A DNA stretch of 64,000 bases from Trichoplax adhaerens. Its lineage: Eukaryota; Animalia; Placozoa. The stretch spans positions 1,858,918 through 1,922,917 of the forward strand of contig NW_002060948.1 of NCBI RefSeq assembly GCF_000150275.1. The letters are read 5' to 3'. Positions 38,906 to 54,200 of this stretch are shown piece after piece. The notes beneath the pieces were generated by a model, which saw only the letters and a list, made by a program, of their open reading frames with translations, ran no database searches and was not told the origin of the DNA. The position numbers and the translations under genes are program-made. Each line of letters starts with the position of its first letter. Within the stretch, counting starts at the first letter, position 1.

Positions 38906-41900
38906 ATAGCCAAATATGGGGCAAAGGTAAATGGACAGGCACAAAGTAATTTAAAAACTAGGAAGCAAATACGATAATTCTGATCTTTCTATAACCCATT
39001 TAGTCTTTCTTGCAATCGTTATTTAAACCCTTATATTTTATCTTTTTCAGGAGTTACCTTGAAATAAGTGGATTTAAAAAGTATAATTTTTATTTCTGTA
39101 AGCTCAAATAAATTCAAGCAAAATTCTTATAGATTTGTTTCCGAGTGGATAAATATTAATAGCTTCACCATGAATTAAATCATATGTGATTATGTTACGG
39201 TCAATCCTGGGAATCGGTCATTCCCGAGTAGATAAATATAATCACCTTTTAATTATGTGTTTAAAAATTGTAACTATAACAGATTAATCATCGTATTATT
39301 TTTAAAATTTGCAGGAGTTATGTAAGCTAATAAAGTATCATATTCTGCTGTCAAAACGACTAGATTAAAAGCTAATCTGATGCTAGTATAGCGTTAAAGT
39401 AGTGAAGCTTACAGTTCATGTAGACATTGATCCCTGTCATTTATCTAACATATACATAATGTTAACACGGTTATAAGTTTCTGTAGATTTTTTTACATTT
39501 TTAAGTCATTGCTTCAGCACTAGTAGTTATTATATACATTGAAAATGTAGATTCAATTTCTTTTTGGCAAACTTATTTTGATATCTTATGTAATATGCAA
39601 CAAATCCTTTCAAACTAGTAGCTAAAATCGTTGTTTTCTATAAATATAACATTTGTGATAGTTATGTAGGCTCAACAGATGTAATTACATCTCGGATTAC
39701 TTCAATAATTCTAATTCTAAGTAGATATTTTAAGATGAGCAAATAGCTCACTTTACAATGTTAGAATTACAATTGATATCGCTGGAATAAAAACTATTTC
39801 AATGTACCATTTGCAATTATCATCATCATATGACAAAGATGAATACTACAGTAATAAGACCTTCATCTTAGGAGTTGAATATTTTATTTCTCTCGAGGAC
39901 GCAATGCGTGCGATGTTCCATCTTGCATAATATGTACATGTTATTAAATATCACTACTATATCTACAACTGAGAATACTGCTGTAGCAAGAGCATTATTT
40001 TTACGGCCAGTACTAATGCACCTTCATTAAGGTGTAGATATATAGCAATCACCTTGATATCAACAATTAAAGTATATCATACCGTATACGCAATATTTTT
40101 CGCGCTTAGCCTTTTATCGCTAGTATAAGGTAAATACTAAGATTCTACTGATAGAAACATATTCCGAATCTATTTCTATCTAGTTATATCTTAATAACGG
40201 CTTCTCCTATTTATTTAAAAAATTTTGTCAATTTCCAATTATAGATCTAAAACTGGAATAAAATGTCAGCATAATTCTGTAAGAGATTAATTTAAAGAGC
40301 TACGAAAACCACCATATGGCTTCGATGAAGATACGATAATATAGATATAATGAAATTGTTCTCGGAACTATTTATACTTACGCAATTTGTCAACATTTAC
40401 TAGGAATGCCAGTTATTGTATAAAGGATGCTAATATTATTATTTATGATATCAATAAATAATATACAGTATTCGTGCCTCTTATATTTTAAATTCTTATC
40501 AAGCATAAGCTTTTAGTAAGCTACGAATATTTTATATCGTGAGCTCTACAACTGAAATGGTATTAAATATGAACACTCATTTTTGCTTCATGTTGTTTTG
40601 ATTAAAATCTCATAAAAATGCCATAAATTGGCTTTGATTACGCTTTTCTTTATATATTCGTATGCCATTAGGTTTCTGAAAAAGCTACAATACAGTAACG
40701 TATAAGAAAGATGAAGATAACTACGATAGTTGATCTCGTGGATGGGACTATAAATTATTATTGACTTTGTTGGTAAAAAACATTGAACAGTATCAAGAGT
40801 TGAGAAATTAATCCTAGTTTAACAGAGTTAGATATAAATATCAATTAACACTCTTGTGTTGAAATATTGACTACGGATGCCATAGTGGGAAGACCTAAGT
40901 CATATGATTGAAAAACAAGAGAATTATACTATCATCAAGTGTGTTAATGAAGAGATGGCGTCTATTGTTATTATTTCTCTTTCTTATTCTAATCTTGAAC
41001 GATAATTACCAATAACGATAAAGTAATTAAGAATAATTGTAAGAATAATTATATCATTATATAATTATATTATATTATATGCATTATATCGATCAATATA
41101 CGGGCCACATCCGGATGTTCTGTACCATACCGTCTATGCCATTATTGCTTAATGATCCTTTACTCTCTTTCATGCAGTCTATTGCTACCGCATCGCAATT
41201 ATCTATGACATCATGCCTTCACTTGTAATTTAATTATAATAATAATAGTAAGTTCTAAATTATTCGTCATGTGATATTACTGTTATGCTATTATGATTCC
41301 TGTTCTATGAATGTGCGTAAAAGTAACCGTTTCCGAATAGAATTCGATTATTTTTCGACTCTTAAATTATGCAATAGACATGTTTCGGATATCTTTAGAG
41401 GAAGGACACACCTTAAAAAAACAGATTGATGAACAGCTGATGAGCTGTTTTCTACATGAAATGCAGCAAATGAAGTGATTGACGACTGTCAATGATAGAA
41501 AAACTAAAGTTATCAGTTTCAATATAATTTTTGTATGGGGAGCAAGGTGCTTGCTGTACCTTAAGAGTTAAATAAATATTCATCCATAAAGGCTGACTAA
41601 ATAATTTATTATTATATAAAAAAGGAATAACAATAACGCTGCTAACGTCACTGTTATCATCAACAGTAGAACCGAAGAATAATCATAACAACAACCACAT
41701 TAGTACTGTAGCGCTATATTAAAGTATTAGAGCTACTAGCTATGCCTTCATAATATGAATAGTAATATTCTATATCCAATGCTATTGGATAGTAAATCTT
41801 TGTTTGTGTAATCAATACAACTAATAGTTAGTAGAAAGCATCAAGAACAATTTATCCCCTGGGTTTTTCAATAGTTAGGTCATCTAATATTACCTAATCG

Positions 41901-42217
41901 ATTAGTTAACTTCCGCTAATCAATCCCTATATCAGGGAAAAATCATCAGGAAAGCAGTTCGCTTTAATTCAAAATTGTTTATTAGTCGTCTTGTCTTTTA
42001 GTATTAGTAAAAAAATATGGAAATCAAGGCAAGAATGTCAAATTAATCGCTACGTATTCAGAAATGTTTTAGCGTTTTAAACGTTCAAGTCTAACTATTC
42101 CTTATCAATATAATTAACTTTAGAATCAGATTATTAAATTCAACTCCCTTATTAATTAACTTTAAACCATTTAAGCTTTTAACTTCATCTTTATTCCAAC
42201 ATATCCATTACTTAAAG

Positions 42218-45200
42218 ATGAAACTGAATCGTTTAATCTATTTTTTCGCCTCAGTTTTCTTTCTATCGACGGCATCTACGGTAAGATTAGCTGATAATGA
42301 TTGACTCTAAGCATGATTATGTTTACTAAGTTGATGGATTATAATACAGTAATCATTTTGCTTCACGGTGAACCTCGTCTTTTAGCTGACAAATAAAATG
42401 CACAGTATTTATATAAATAGATAGTTTAAAATAATATTAAGATACATTTTAAGGTAGCATGGTATTTAAATACAATTCAAGATAATCCTACATCTAGAAG
42501 AGCATTCTATTATTCCTATTTCTACACGCATTTATAAAAAATTAGTCAAGAATTGTATAGAATTTTCTTCCTTTCTAAATCTTTATCTATAAAATAACGC
42601 AACTAATTTTATCCTGGACGTGCTCTCAGTTTACTATAAACCTTACGTTATAGTCCAATACTACAGTATCAATGTTAAGTTACAGAGTTCATTATCGTTA
42701 TTGATCCTTTTGAAATACCTGTCAAATAATTTCTTTCTTTTCCGTTACTTTCATTAACATCAACGTAGCTTATTAGTGACTATAAACGTTACGCCAACAA
42801 AGTAAACTTAATGATTGTACGATAATTAATTGCAGGTAGTTTGATTTATTTCACTAAGTATAGAAATTTTTAGATATTAGCTACAGAAAGCGATATTAAA
42901 GATTAATCGCCTTTCCAGTCTAATATATACTGATGGTAACATCTATACCTTATCAATATATTACTATTTCTGTTTCATTCAGGCTAATGCAACTTCCGTG
43001 CAGGCTAACATAAGCATGAAGTTAATAAGTTATCATAATCCTCAAGAGATATTATATAATGGCCAAAAGTGCGATACTTTCTCATCTTGTGACTATATAT
43101 TTAATTTTTGCGGCCGGAAAACTAACTCTGGACCATCATGCGTTTATGGGGATGTTACGACTAAATCGTTTGATAATGTTGGCGAGACGAAAACTTTTCA
43201 AGTGGGTGAGCAATTGACCAATGGGGCAATTACCATCACTAACCCATATAGCGCTCCAATTGTCGGACTATGGCCTGTAAGTTTACTAGTACCAATTAAT
43301 TAACGGCTAGCTACAATATAATTTATCTCAATATCAACTAATTATGCAGTATATCTAGGTTTCATCATACCCTGATAGTTATTTCATCCCAAATATATCG
43401 CCTTATTCTAAGCTAGAGATACTATTAGTAGATTGTAAATGATTTAGATATTTAGGAAGTAAAATATTATGTAAAATTAAAATATCTCATTTAAGTTTTA
43501 TAATTAAAATTAATGTTGGATTGCATCTAAGTTACAACAATAATATCCTTAACTAGCATGAAAGAAAAAAAAATGATTTACGATGATTTACGTACACATA
43601 AAGTCATAAACAAAGCGAATTCAAGAAATTTGTTTATAATATATCATGCATAGATAGTTAAAATTAGTTTAATAAGGAAACTTTAAAAGTAAAATAGGCC
43701 TAAGATATCAATAAATTGAGAGTTAAGATACTGTCCACTGTGGTTTCTTAAATTTGCTATTTCATAAAATCTATCATAATCGATTATTACTACAAATTAC
43801 AGTAAGAAATTGCAGAACTTGCTTCATCAAGCAGTAATCTGGCATTACTTAAACTACGTCCAGTTATCATGCACCTAGAGTAAATTAAGTATATGTTTCT
43901 CTAATCAAAATAGGCAAGCACTTCAAAGCAATAATTGAATTAACGTTATAAAAAAGTATGTGCCAGATCAATCATTTGCTCTGCATATGAGCTTATTAAT
44001 CATCAGTTCATATTCTACGATATTGGATGCAATATAATATTTATGTCCATGCATAGCATTTACTCCAGTTTGCTATTAGTTTCCAAACTTAACAGAATAT
44101 TTAAGCATCTGTTACGTTAGAACAGTTTTTGATTTCATTCTTTAAGTCTTTCAACTTTGACAAACAGAAAAGGAATCACTAGCAATTTGCGTGGATATTA
44201 TGATCAATCAACTCTATGTCAACATCAACTGGCGCATTTTATAAATTTCTGATACATCAGTTAATACCTTTTATATCTATTTTAATTTTAATAGGGCCAA
44301 TTCCAGCTCTTTATTAACGTTACCGATGAAGACTCATTCTTAGAAGTAGGCAATAATAGAGTCGATGATTTAACAAAAGATATTACCATATCGGCTGGTA
44401 TTAAGCAAACGATTACCATGACTGGAAGTCGCCCCACTAATCCATCTAGTTTTACATTCGAGATGGAAGTTAAATGTATAAATAGTTGGATGGGAAGCCT
44501 TTGCGATATAGGTATAATTAACTCACCGTATCTCTATTTCATTTAAGAAATAAAGATACTTCTCAATTTCCGTCAAAACTTTTGAGATTTCTAAATAGAA
44601 TATAGAACACTTATGGTAGCAAGCAAACTATTTCTTCCCTTCTTATTTACTTGTTCCTTCTTAATCCTTTCCAGATCTAATTAGCTGTCGCAGTTCACCA
44701 TGTCAAGGTAGAGGAAACTGCATAAACACTGCACCTAACGCTTATAAATGTCATTGCCTTACTGGATATACCGGTGTCAATTGTGAAACAAGTAATGCCG
44801 ATTTCTAGGATACATACATTTCCATTTTTTAATAAAATTTTGCAATATCTATTATCAATTACCAACAGTTTTTATTTCGTTCTTGTATTTTAATTGTCAC
44901 CTATGGACGCATTAAATACATTATTAACTCTCCGTTCTAGATATTGACGAATGTGCATCTGGACCTTGCAAACATATTTATTCCACCTGCATTGATTTGG
45001 TGAACGGTTATCGATGTGTCTGTCCATCTGATTGGACAGGAAAAAATTGTGATATAGGTTAGTAGCATTCTATTTACATTCGATAGGTAAGTATGCATTA
45101 CATTGCAAATCTTCTCGCAGATTTTGTATTTTACTAGCGTGGACTTTTAAATCCTATTGCGTATTCTATATATTGCATTTTAAGAGGATTAGATCAAATT

Positions 45201-48200
45201 TATTGATGATGACCAAATATTTATATGATTTTGAATACAATGTTATTAGATAACAATATATGCCGTATCAATAACCCATGTCTGAACGGTGCAACATGCA
45301 AATTTACCAATGTTAATCAATATTCATGTACCTGTCTTCCCGGATTTACAGGAAAAACTTGCGATAGTAAGAGTATATTTATTCTAGTATATTTAGATTT
45401 TAGGCTGTTACATATCATGGATCTAAAGTATCACTTGATAGCCATAGCATTGGCAATCTTATATGATATAGAATCTACGTTATATAAAATGTTGGCGTGT
45501 GTAAGCGCATGCAATTGGATCTAATATGTGGTTAACAGTAAACTAAAGACAAATTTGAGATCTTCATAAATAATATCAATTTCGTGGCTTTAAACTTTCT
45601 CAGTTGTAAATAGCACAAACATATTGATTCAAAGCACTCATAGTTTGAATGCTAAACTTTAAACTCATTAGCTTACAATGGTTGTCTCTCGGATCCATGC
45701 CTTCATAGAGGCAATTGTTCAACTGGAAGTAATAGTTATACCTGCCATTGCCCTCAAGATTGGTCTGGGACTCACTGTGAACAGGGTCTGTTATTCTTTT
45801 CAGCAAATATTCTCCAGTGACAATTAGTATATTCCACTATTGCACAAATTGATTAAATCTAAAATAATTAATATAATAAAATAGGCTAGACTCTAAATCG
45901 GTGATAATATGCAAAAACTGATCCATATAGTCTTCATCATCTCGTATTAAGTGTCCATCATTAAGTCAGCTTATTACACATATAACGTCACAGCCTTTTC
46001 ACTTTAATAGTCTTAATTTAATGAGAATCTTTGCTACGTTTGTTGATAGATCTTAGCCTATGTAGAACAAATTCTCCATGCCAAAACGGTGGAACTTGCC
46101 AATTTGTTAATGCAACCAGCTATCAATGTGTTTGCCCACAATATTATACTGGGAGTACCTGTCAATGTTAGTCTAGACATATTATAGCTTCTTAATTCTA
46201 CAACCATTATATCTAATATTAAAGTATCGATATTATATATGATCCATTTATTCAATTTCCGATGTTTGCAGCTCATATTCCTTGCCAATCCAATCCCTGT
46301 ATTGGTACTGGTTCAACTTGTGTGGATACTCCAAGTGGCTATGTGTGCCATTGTCCAGTTGATATGACAGGAACCAATTGTGATATAGGTTGCTTAATAA
46401 ATTAACCAATACGATGTATTTCACCCGTTATAATTACATACAAGCAAACATATAATTATCTGTAATACTACAGATGCCACATACCATCGTCGAATGGAAT
46501 CACAGATCGATAGTGTGATATAAGATCGTGTAGGATCAATAATGTGATACAAATTTTAAATAGCAGTTTTAGCCGCTAGGATAGTTGTGTATCATGAATG
46601 AATACTAATTTATTGTAAGAATAGGGATTAATGGAGATTTACGATATTAAGTGGCAATTTATTAATCTTTAATGTTTCATAGCTTAGTAATAAGGATTAA
46701 ATATAGTATTTTTGCTCCAATCATTCGTAACTCAACTTGAAATAATCAATTTTAGATACCAACGTATGCAGATCAAACAATCCTTGCCAGCACGGCTCAA
46801 CATGCGAAAATACAGGCCCTTCTACTTATCGATGCGTATGTCCATCTCTATATTCAGGCCAAAATTGTGAAAGTAAGAAAACTTTGTAATGTAACTTAGT
46901 TACTCTAGTCATATCAATCAACCAAGTTGCATTTCATTAAACTAATTTTTTATCGAAACCAAATTTCATGATATTACTAATTTTATTATTTCTTTCACTA
47001 TGTTATCCAACTATCATCTAGATTATACACCGTGCATGTCAAATCCTTGCCAACATGTCTACGCTACATGCGTAAATAACCCACACAATTATACTTGCCA
47101 ATGCCCTGGCGATTGGATAGGTTATAATTGCGAGATAGGTTAGTTAGAAGTGGAATTGCTGAACTTATATTGTACGTGTAATTCGCGATAAAGTAAAAAA
47201 TGATTAAGCTAAGATCAAATTTTTACGTTTACAAATAATTTGGTTACTCATATTTATTTAAATAATTAAAACATAATTTAAAAGTACAGTATCTTATTAA
47301 TTACAGCAAACCATACTTTGTATAAGAAATTATTAAATATAAGCTTTCCACCTTACGAAAGTCATTATAGAGAGCATAAAGTCTATTGATAGATCAGTCT
47401 CGTCTAATATTTAGTAAGGTTATGATAATAAAAGATATGGAATATTTCAGCTTATATTTAGCAATACAGTCCAAAATACTGTGATTTAGCCATGATTACC
47501 AGAATAAGAATTGTAACAGTTTATTGATCGGTTCTTACTTCTAATACAGATGCAAATATATGTCGAATGAATAACCCTTGTGTAAATGGCGGGATCTGCA
47601 CATCGCATAAAGCAGGAAAATACCAATGCGAATGCCCGGATAACTATAACGGCACTAATTGTGAAAGTATGATTTTTATATTCAATACTCTTTGGTTAAC
47701 TCAAGTATCAATCGATCTATGACGGCTTTATCGCCATATATCCTCTACTTGATAATTCTTGTAATGTACGATCTACTAAATTTCCATAGATCCTGTATAT
47801 AGGTTGTAAGGATGTAAAGCATATTAAACCAGCTCAAATTAACAATTATAGTCTGCTTCTAAATAGAATATTCCTGGTTTATTACTAGATTACAACGACT
47901 GCTTATCGAGACCTTGCAATCATATTTACGCAACATGTGTGGATTTGCCGGGTACCAATTATTCTTGCATTTGTCCTTCTGACTGGACAGGAAGAAATTG
48001 CGATAAAGGTATTCTACAGAAACTATTATTCTGAAATAGCCATAGCCTAGTAATCGATTTAAGTCATTTTTGATCGAATCGGATTTTGAGCATTTTTAGT
48101 GAAATTTGATACTTTGCCTTTATCAATTGAGCTTCTTTGTGATAGTACTCGCATACATTATTGCTTAGGTGCAATTATTCCGTAGTATATCAACATCACA

Positions 48201-51200
48201 TGTTAGCGAAACATAGCCAACGCAAGTATTATATCCCATCTAGTCTGATGTTACCCTAATCGAATAAATCATTCATTATTATAGATTTAAATAGCTGCAG
48301 ATCCAATCCATGTCAATTTGGAGGTACTTGCACCAGTATTGGTCCTGATGTCTATGCATGTAGTTGTCCTGTTGGATATACTGGCAAAAATTGTCAAACA
48401 GGTAGCAGATTGGTATCTATAAAATGATTTTCCAAATCAAAATGATTAGCTTTAATATAACGGAAATCTACTAAAGCAGGCATTGGCATAATTGTTGGGG
48501 CTTTACAAGTCATTAGAGAAGATACAGGAATAAAAAACTTAAAAAATGAATTAACAACTCATTAAATAATCGCTTGTACAGTTAAAATACGTTTCTATTT
48601 GCTTGATGCATTCTTATTAGAAACAGTTACCGAGACCATTAGTTTTAGATTTATTTATTTCTTGATTTACTCATTTAGCAAACAAGGGCTCCAAAAGCTG
48701 CTAGAATGATAAAATGATTGCAGCTTCAGATTTTATTCTCTTTCACCAATAATAACTGCAATTCCTACGTAACCTATGTTTGATCAACCTATTTCAAATT
48801 TCTCATTAACTTTAGATATCAATCACTGCCTTGGACATGCTTGTTTAAACGGTGCAACCTGTATCGATGGTGTAACTTCATATACTTGCTCGTGCAATTC
48901 TAACTGGACAGGTTCTGTCTGTGATCAAGGTAAGATAAATTATAATATCACGTTTGATTAAAAGTAGGGGATAAATATACTCTATCTCAGATAAGTGCTG
49001 TACTAAAAGTTATCACCTATTTTAATAGCAATATGTAGAACAGGATGCAATCTATTGCATGGCAACTGTCATAACAGCCCGATGCAGTGCTTGTAAGTTA
49101 ATATTGGAAACTTGTTAACTTCAATTAATGCATTATTCAATTTATTAGCATTAGGACTTATATATATAATAATACAACCGATTAGTATAATGTTAATAGA
49201 AACCTTGACACTTTCTAAACAAGATGCATTAATGGCTGGACTGGAAATACTTGCAACACTTGCGTTAAAAGAGAAGGCTGTACAGGTCCGTTTACTACTC
49301 ATAAAAGTGTTTGAAATGTTATTGATTTAACATCCCGAATGCGTTCTTTGGCTAGCATTTGATAAAATTCCTCCGCCGTGGCAACGTTTTCTTAAATTAT
49401 ATTATTTGTCCATCAATATTGTGATATTACATGTTCAGTATTATTGCAATTCATTGATTGCCCCATTACGACCATTAATGTAGAGATTATATCACACGTA
49501 CAGTAAGAGTATCTACTCGTCTTCGTATTTTTCGTTTAGTAACATTGAACATGTTCAGTACTATTGCAATTAATTCGTTACCCCATCGTAACCATTAAAA
49601 GGGATATATTGTACGTAGGGTAAGATTATCTACTCATCTCATTTATACTTTTCGTTCAGTAACATTGAGTATGTTTAGTACTATTACAATTTATTCCGTG
49701 CCTCGTCGTAACCATTAAAGGGGGTTCTAAATGCACGTAACATAAGACTATCTACTCGTCTTATTCATTTTTTTCGTTTGATAACATTGGTATGTACAGC
49801 ATTGTAGCAATTCATTTGTTACCCTATCGTAACCATAAAAGGGGTAGATATAAACGTAATGTAAAGACTATCTACTCATCTTATTTGCATTTTTCGTTTG
49901 ATAAAATTTAGCCAATGGCTACTGTGTTAATGCTAATGAATGTATCTGTAGAGATCATTACAGTGGTCCAAATTGTCAATATGGTTAGTATTCTGTTGGT
50001 TAATATCATGATCATGATCATCAATAGGATATTTAAATTTTTGACTTAATTCGGATTAATTTACTGTGATAGATAATAATAAATGCAGACTGGGACCTTG
50101 TCAAAATGGAGGAAACTGTACTAATGTCTTACCTGATAGCTATTCTTGTGGTTGTTTGCCAGGTTTTACTGGTAGCAATTGCAATACAAGTACGTTGATG
50201 CCATTTATTGTCATAGTACTGGTAAATTCAATATGTGCTATTACAAAAACAATTTATTCAATATAATATCATCTTGCTGCATATGATACTTTCATAATCA
50301 ATAGACCGATACTTTATTAGTTTTTCTTTGTTTTACTATATCTATATTAGCACTTTCATTAAGTCATACTTTAGCATATATATTTGATAAATATCCATGT
50401 CTGTCTGGACTATTATGTCATCGTGCATTAGCACGTCCAGTAAGTCGTACGTTAATTTATATATTTGACAAATATTTATGTCTGCCTTTACTATTATGTT
50501 ACTGTGCATTAGCATACTCAGTAAGTCATATGTTATTTTATATATCTGGCAAAACATTCATATCTGTTTTAACTATTATGTCACTGTACTATTGTAACGT
50601 TGTTTGCAGTTAGCTAATATCTGCAAGACACAAAATTATCAGCTAGAAAACTGTATTCAATTGTTCTTTATTCGATTGTAGTTCATGAAAACTCTACGAA
50701 TTAGATAAATAGCTCTAGATTATTAAGTTTTATAGGCTAGACTAAGCTGCTGCATATTGCAATTATTAATGTAGGTTTAAAGGGTAATATTTGTATGTTT
50801 CTCCGTAGATCTAAATTTTTTACCTTTGATATAACAGATATCAATGAATGCTCCTCAAACCCTTGCGATAATAATGCTACTTGTAGCGATCGAGTAAATG
50901 GCTTCCTATGCTTATGCAATGTAGGCTTTAATGGCACTAACTGCGAAAATGGTAGGTACAAATACAGATCCAGACAGGTTATGCGATTGATGATCATTAT
51001 GATCTGCATACTTAAAGGTTGAGACTATTTGCAAACGAGGGAAAGATCATGTTTCTAATATGATCATTCTAATCTATTTCATTTAGATAATAATGCCTGT
51101 AGAATTTCTCCATGTCAGAATGAAGGAAATTGTTCTGACATTGTACCCAATAAATATAAGTGTGACTGTCCTAATGGTTTCAATGGAACTAACTGCGAAA

Positions 51201-54200
51201 ATAGTTAGTAACATCACAGTCTAATTTTAAGATTGGCTTATATTACAGTCAACTACTGTAATAATGTATATCATAGCTTCTCGTCATTAACTTGAAAAAT
51301 TTGTTATAAATGCAGTGTTCTAAACTAGAAATAACGATTATTTCAGATATCAACGAATGTCATACCAAACCCTGCCTAAATTCAGGAACCTGCATCGATG
51401 ACATTAATAAATTTACGTGCCACTGCACAACTAATTGGACGGGCACCCTTTGCGAAAATGGTAAACAGCTTTTTCTTGATATGATCTACGCATTACTATG
51501 CTGTCTGAAAAGCAAATCATTGTTATATACAGTAATTACAACTTGTACTTAGAATCGATCACTGATCTAAAGTAATTCTACGCTATTTGTTGAATTTATA
51601 GATCTAAATTCATGTCGTAATAATCCATGCGTAAATGGTGCTACTTGTCAAAATACCGGACTGAATACGTATAACTGCAGTTGTGCACCTGGTTTCACCG
51701 GCTCGCAATGCGGAACGGGTTGGTTGATTATTTTGTGTAGCTAAATATATTTTTAAAAACTATCGTTATGCATTTTATTCTTACATACTCTATTATAGTG
51801 TATGGTTAAAATCTCTATCATTCCTATCGGTAACGATATCAGGATGCATCTTTTCTAAAATACCATATGCAAAAGCATGTATATTTTACTTCATATAGCT
51901 GCACGATTGCACACAGTAGCTTTGATATCTCAATGAAATGTTAATTTTAAGCTTCCTAACGACATCCTGATCATGTATTTATTCCAAGTACCATCCTTCT
52001 CCTCAAAAATCGGAAATAATATTAACAAAATTTTATCTTGATAGGCATTAATGAATGTTCATCTAATCCGTGTGTAAGTGGGCATGGTACTTGTGACGAT
52101 GCCGTTAATCGCTATACCTGCTTGTGTTCAGCTGAATGGACAGGAGTCCATTGCGAAAATGGTTTGTACGCGTGAATTTGATTATTATACCTTGCAATAT
52201 TTGTTCATCACAGAGCTCGTGTATAGGAAATAGTGTCTATAGTGAGAACCCCATGATCATAAGTAAGACGCGGCGCTAGACCTGAGTGGATTAGCGATGT
52301 CAAGGATATTACATTTAGGCGTTAAGATAGTCGAGTGCCGCTAGTGAATAACTTTAGAGAAGATACCTGTAGCTTTAAGTGATAATGCGGAAGGAATTTC
52401 AGTCTGAGATCTACTTGTTTATAGCTTATATGGTCTAAGTTTGCTATTGTAACATTTAGCAATAATTTTAAATAACAAACTCTTTTTATCTACTAATATT
52501 GGAAAAGGATTTATTGCGGAACTGTTCCCTAGTAGGGATAAAAACAGTGCTTTATTACAAACTCATACTTGGGGCGACTATAACATGATTAAGCTTTCTA
52601 ATTCTGTCCTAACAGATCTAAACAGCTGTCGAAGTAATCCATGTCAAAACAGTGCTACCTGCACCAACACAGGCCCTAACAGCTATAACTGTACCTGCCA
52701 TGCCGGCTTTACTGGAAAAAACTGCGAAACAAGTAAGTATAATAAACACACTATAACTAGATTTATTATTTGCGATTGCTAAGTATTAGAATATCCTATC
52801 CAGTGGATGATAAATATTTTTATCACAGATATTAACGAATGCTTGTCGCAGCCTTGCCGAAATAGCGGCACGTGTATCGATAGAGTTAATCGTTTCAGTT
52901 GTCAGTGTTCTAGAAGGTGGACTGGAACTACTTGTACTGGAGGTATGCTATTACTCTGCTAAAGTTAACTGTGAAATTTGATAAGAAATGGTTTATGTGC
53001 TCATTACAAAAACTAATTCATAGCTATTGCAATTTCTAAGCGATTTGACATGAATCGTATAAGTATGATAAACTTTCTTCAACAGCACTACTTTTACATC
53101 AAGCAGACAAGTATCATAAATCATTTAGAATACATATATATATCCTTAAATATCGAAAAGTCCAAGTTGACACATTTCAACTCTATCATAAGCCTAAAAT
53201 TTAAGGTCCGGCAGCTTCATTCAAATGTTAAAGGAATACGTACATTTATTGGGTTCCCATCTCTATGCCAATATTCTTCTGTTAAGTGTCTATATAAGTG
53301 CCTTATGGGGCTATCATTAAAGCTGAGGGCACAGCTAAATCTATACGGATATTTTCAATTTGAATCAGTTTGAGGGTTCCGGAGGTCATACATAACTACT
53401 CTACGCTGGATTCGTGGGTAGTAACGATATGCTAACACCATATAATTTTGCTTACAAACCGTAAATAAATAAAGTGCTAAACAATAAATTTCAAAGAAAA
53501 TTATCACTTAAATTATTTAGAACTCTCGACCACCCCATCGGATAACTTACAACATGCTTTACAATTATAATGTTACCATAAGAATATAATTATTTAGCTA
53601 ATCTAATCCAGTACCTTACCACAACTAATAGAATCGATTGAATATTTTCAGACTTGCAATATTGTAACAATATACCATGCGATAATGAAGGATTATGCAG
53701 CAATACTGGCATTAATACTTATTGGTGTCATTGTAGCCCTGGTTATACTGGCCAAAATTGTCAAACAGGTAAAATTGCAAGTGATTTATTAAATATTTGA
53801 TCGCTTAGTCTCTTTAACTTGAACTAATTTTACGTTCATTCTAATTTAAACCGTAAATTCGACTGCGTTCGGTCGTAGATATCAACGAATGTGTCTCCAA
53901 TCCATGCCAGAATAAGGGCAATTGTACCGATTTCGTTAATAAATTTAATTGTACATGCGATGCTGGATTTACAGGAAAGTTTTGCCAGGTTAACATCGAT
54001 GAATGCCTATCATCGCCGTGTATAAATGGCGGACTATGTATGGATGGAATCGATCAATATAACTGTCAGTGTCCAGCAGGTTTTACTGGTATCCACTGTG
54101 AAATTAATATCAACGAATGTGCAAGTAATCCATGCATCAACAGCTACAGATGCCGTGATTCCATAGATGGCTACTTTTGTGACTGTAACATTGGTTTTAC

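Noticed and set aside
45600-45806. 68-aa minus-strand ORF as a nested gene
   Set aside because: It is the antisense of a real plus-strand EGF exon (45672-45785).
48965-49020. Short inverted repeat (taggggataa...ttatcaccta) before the DOS exon as a MITE
   Set aside because: Only 10 bp with one mismatch, no TSD and no second copy seen.
50755-50800. Relic EGF exon (aatgtaggtttaaagggtaatatttgt)
   Set aside because: Similarity to the next exon is too short to distinguish from chance.
53050-53373. 107-aa intronic ORF in gene C
   Set aside because: No recognisable domain, AT-rich composition and no splice signals that fit the gene model.
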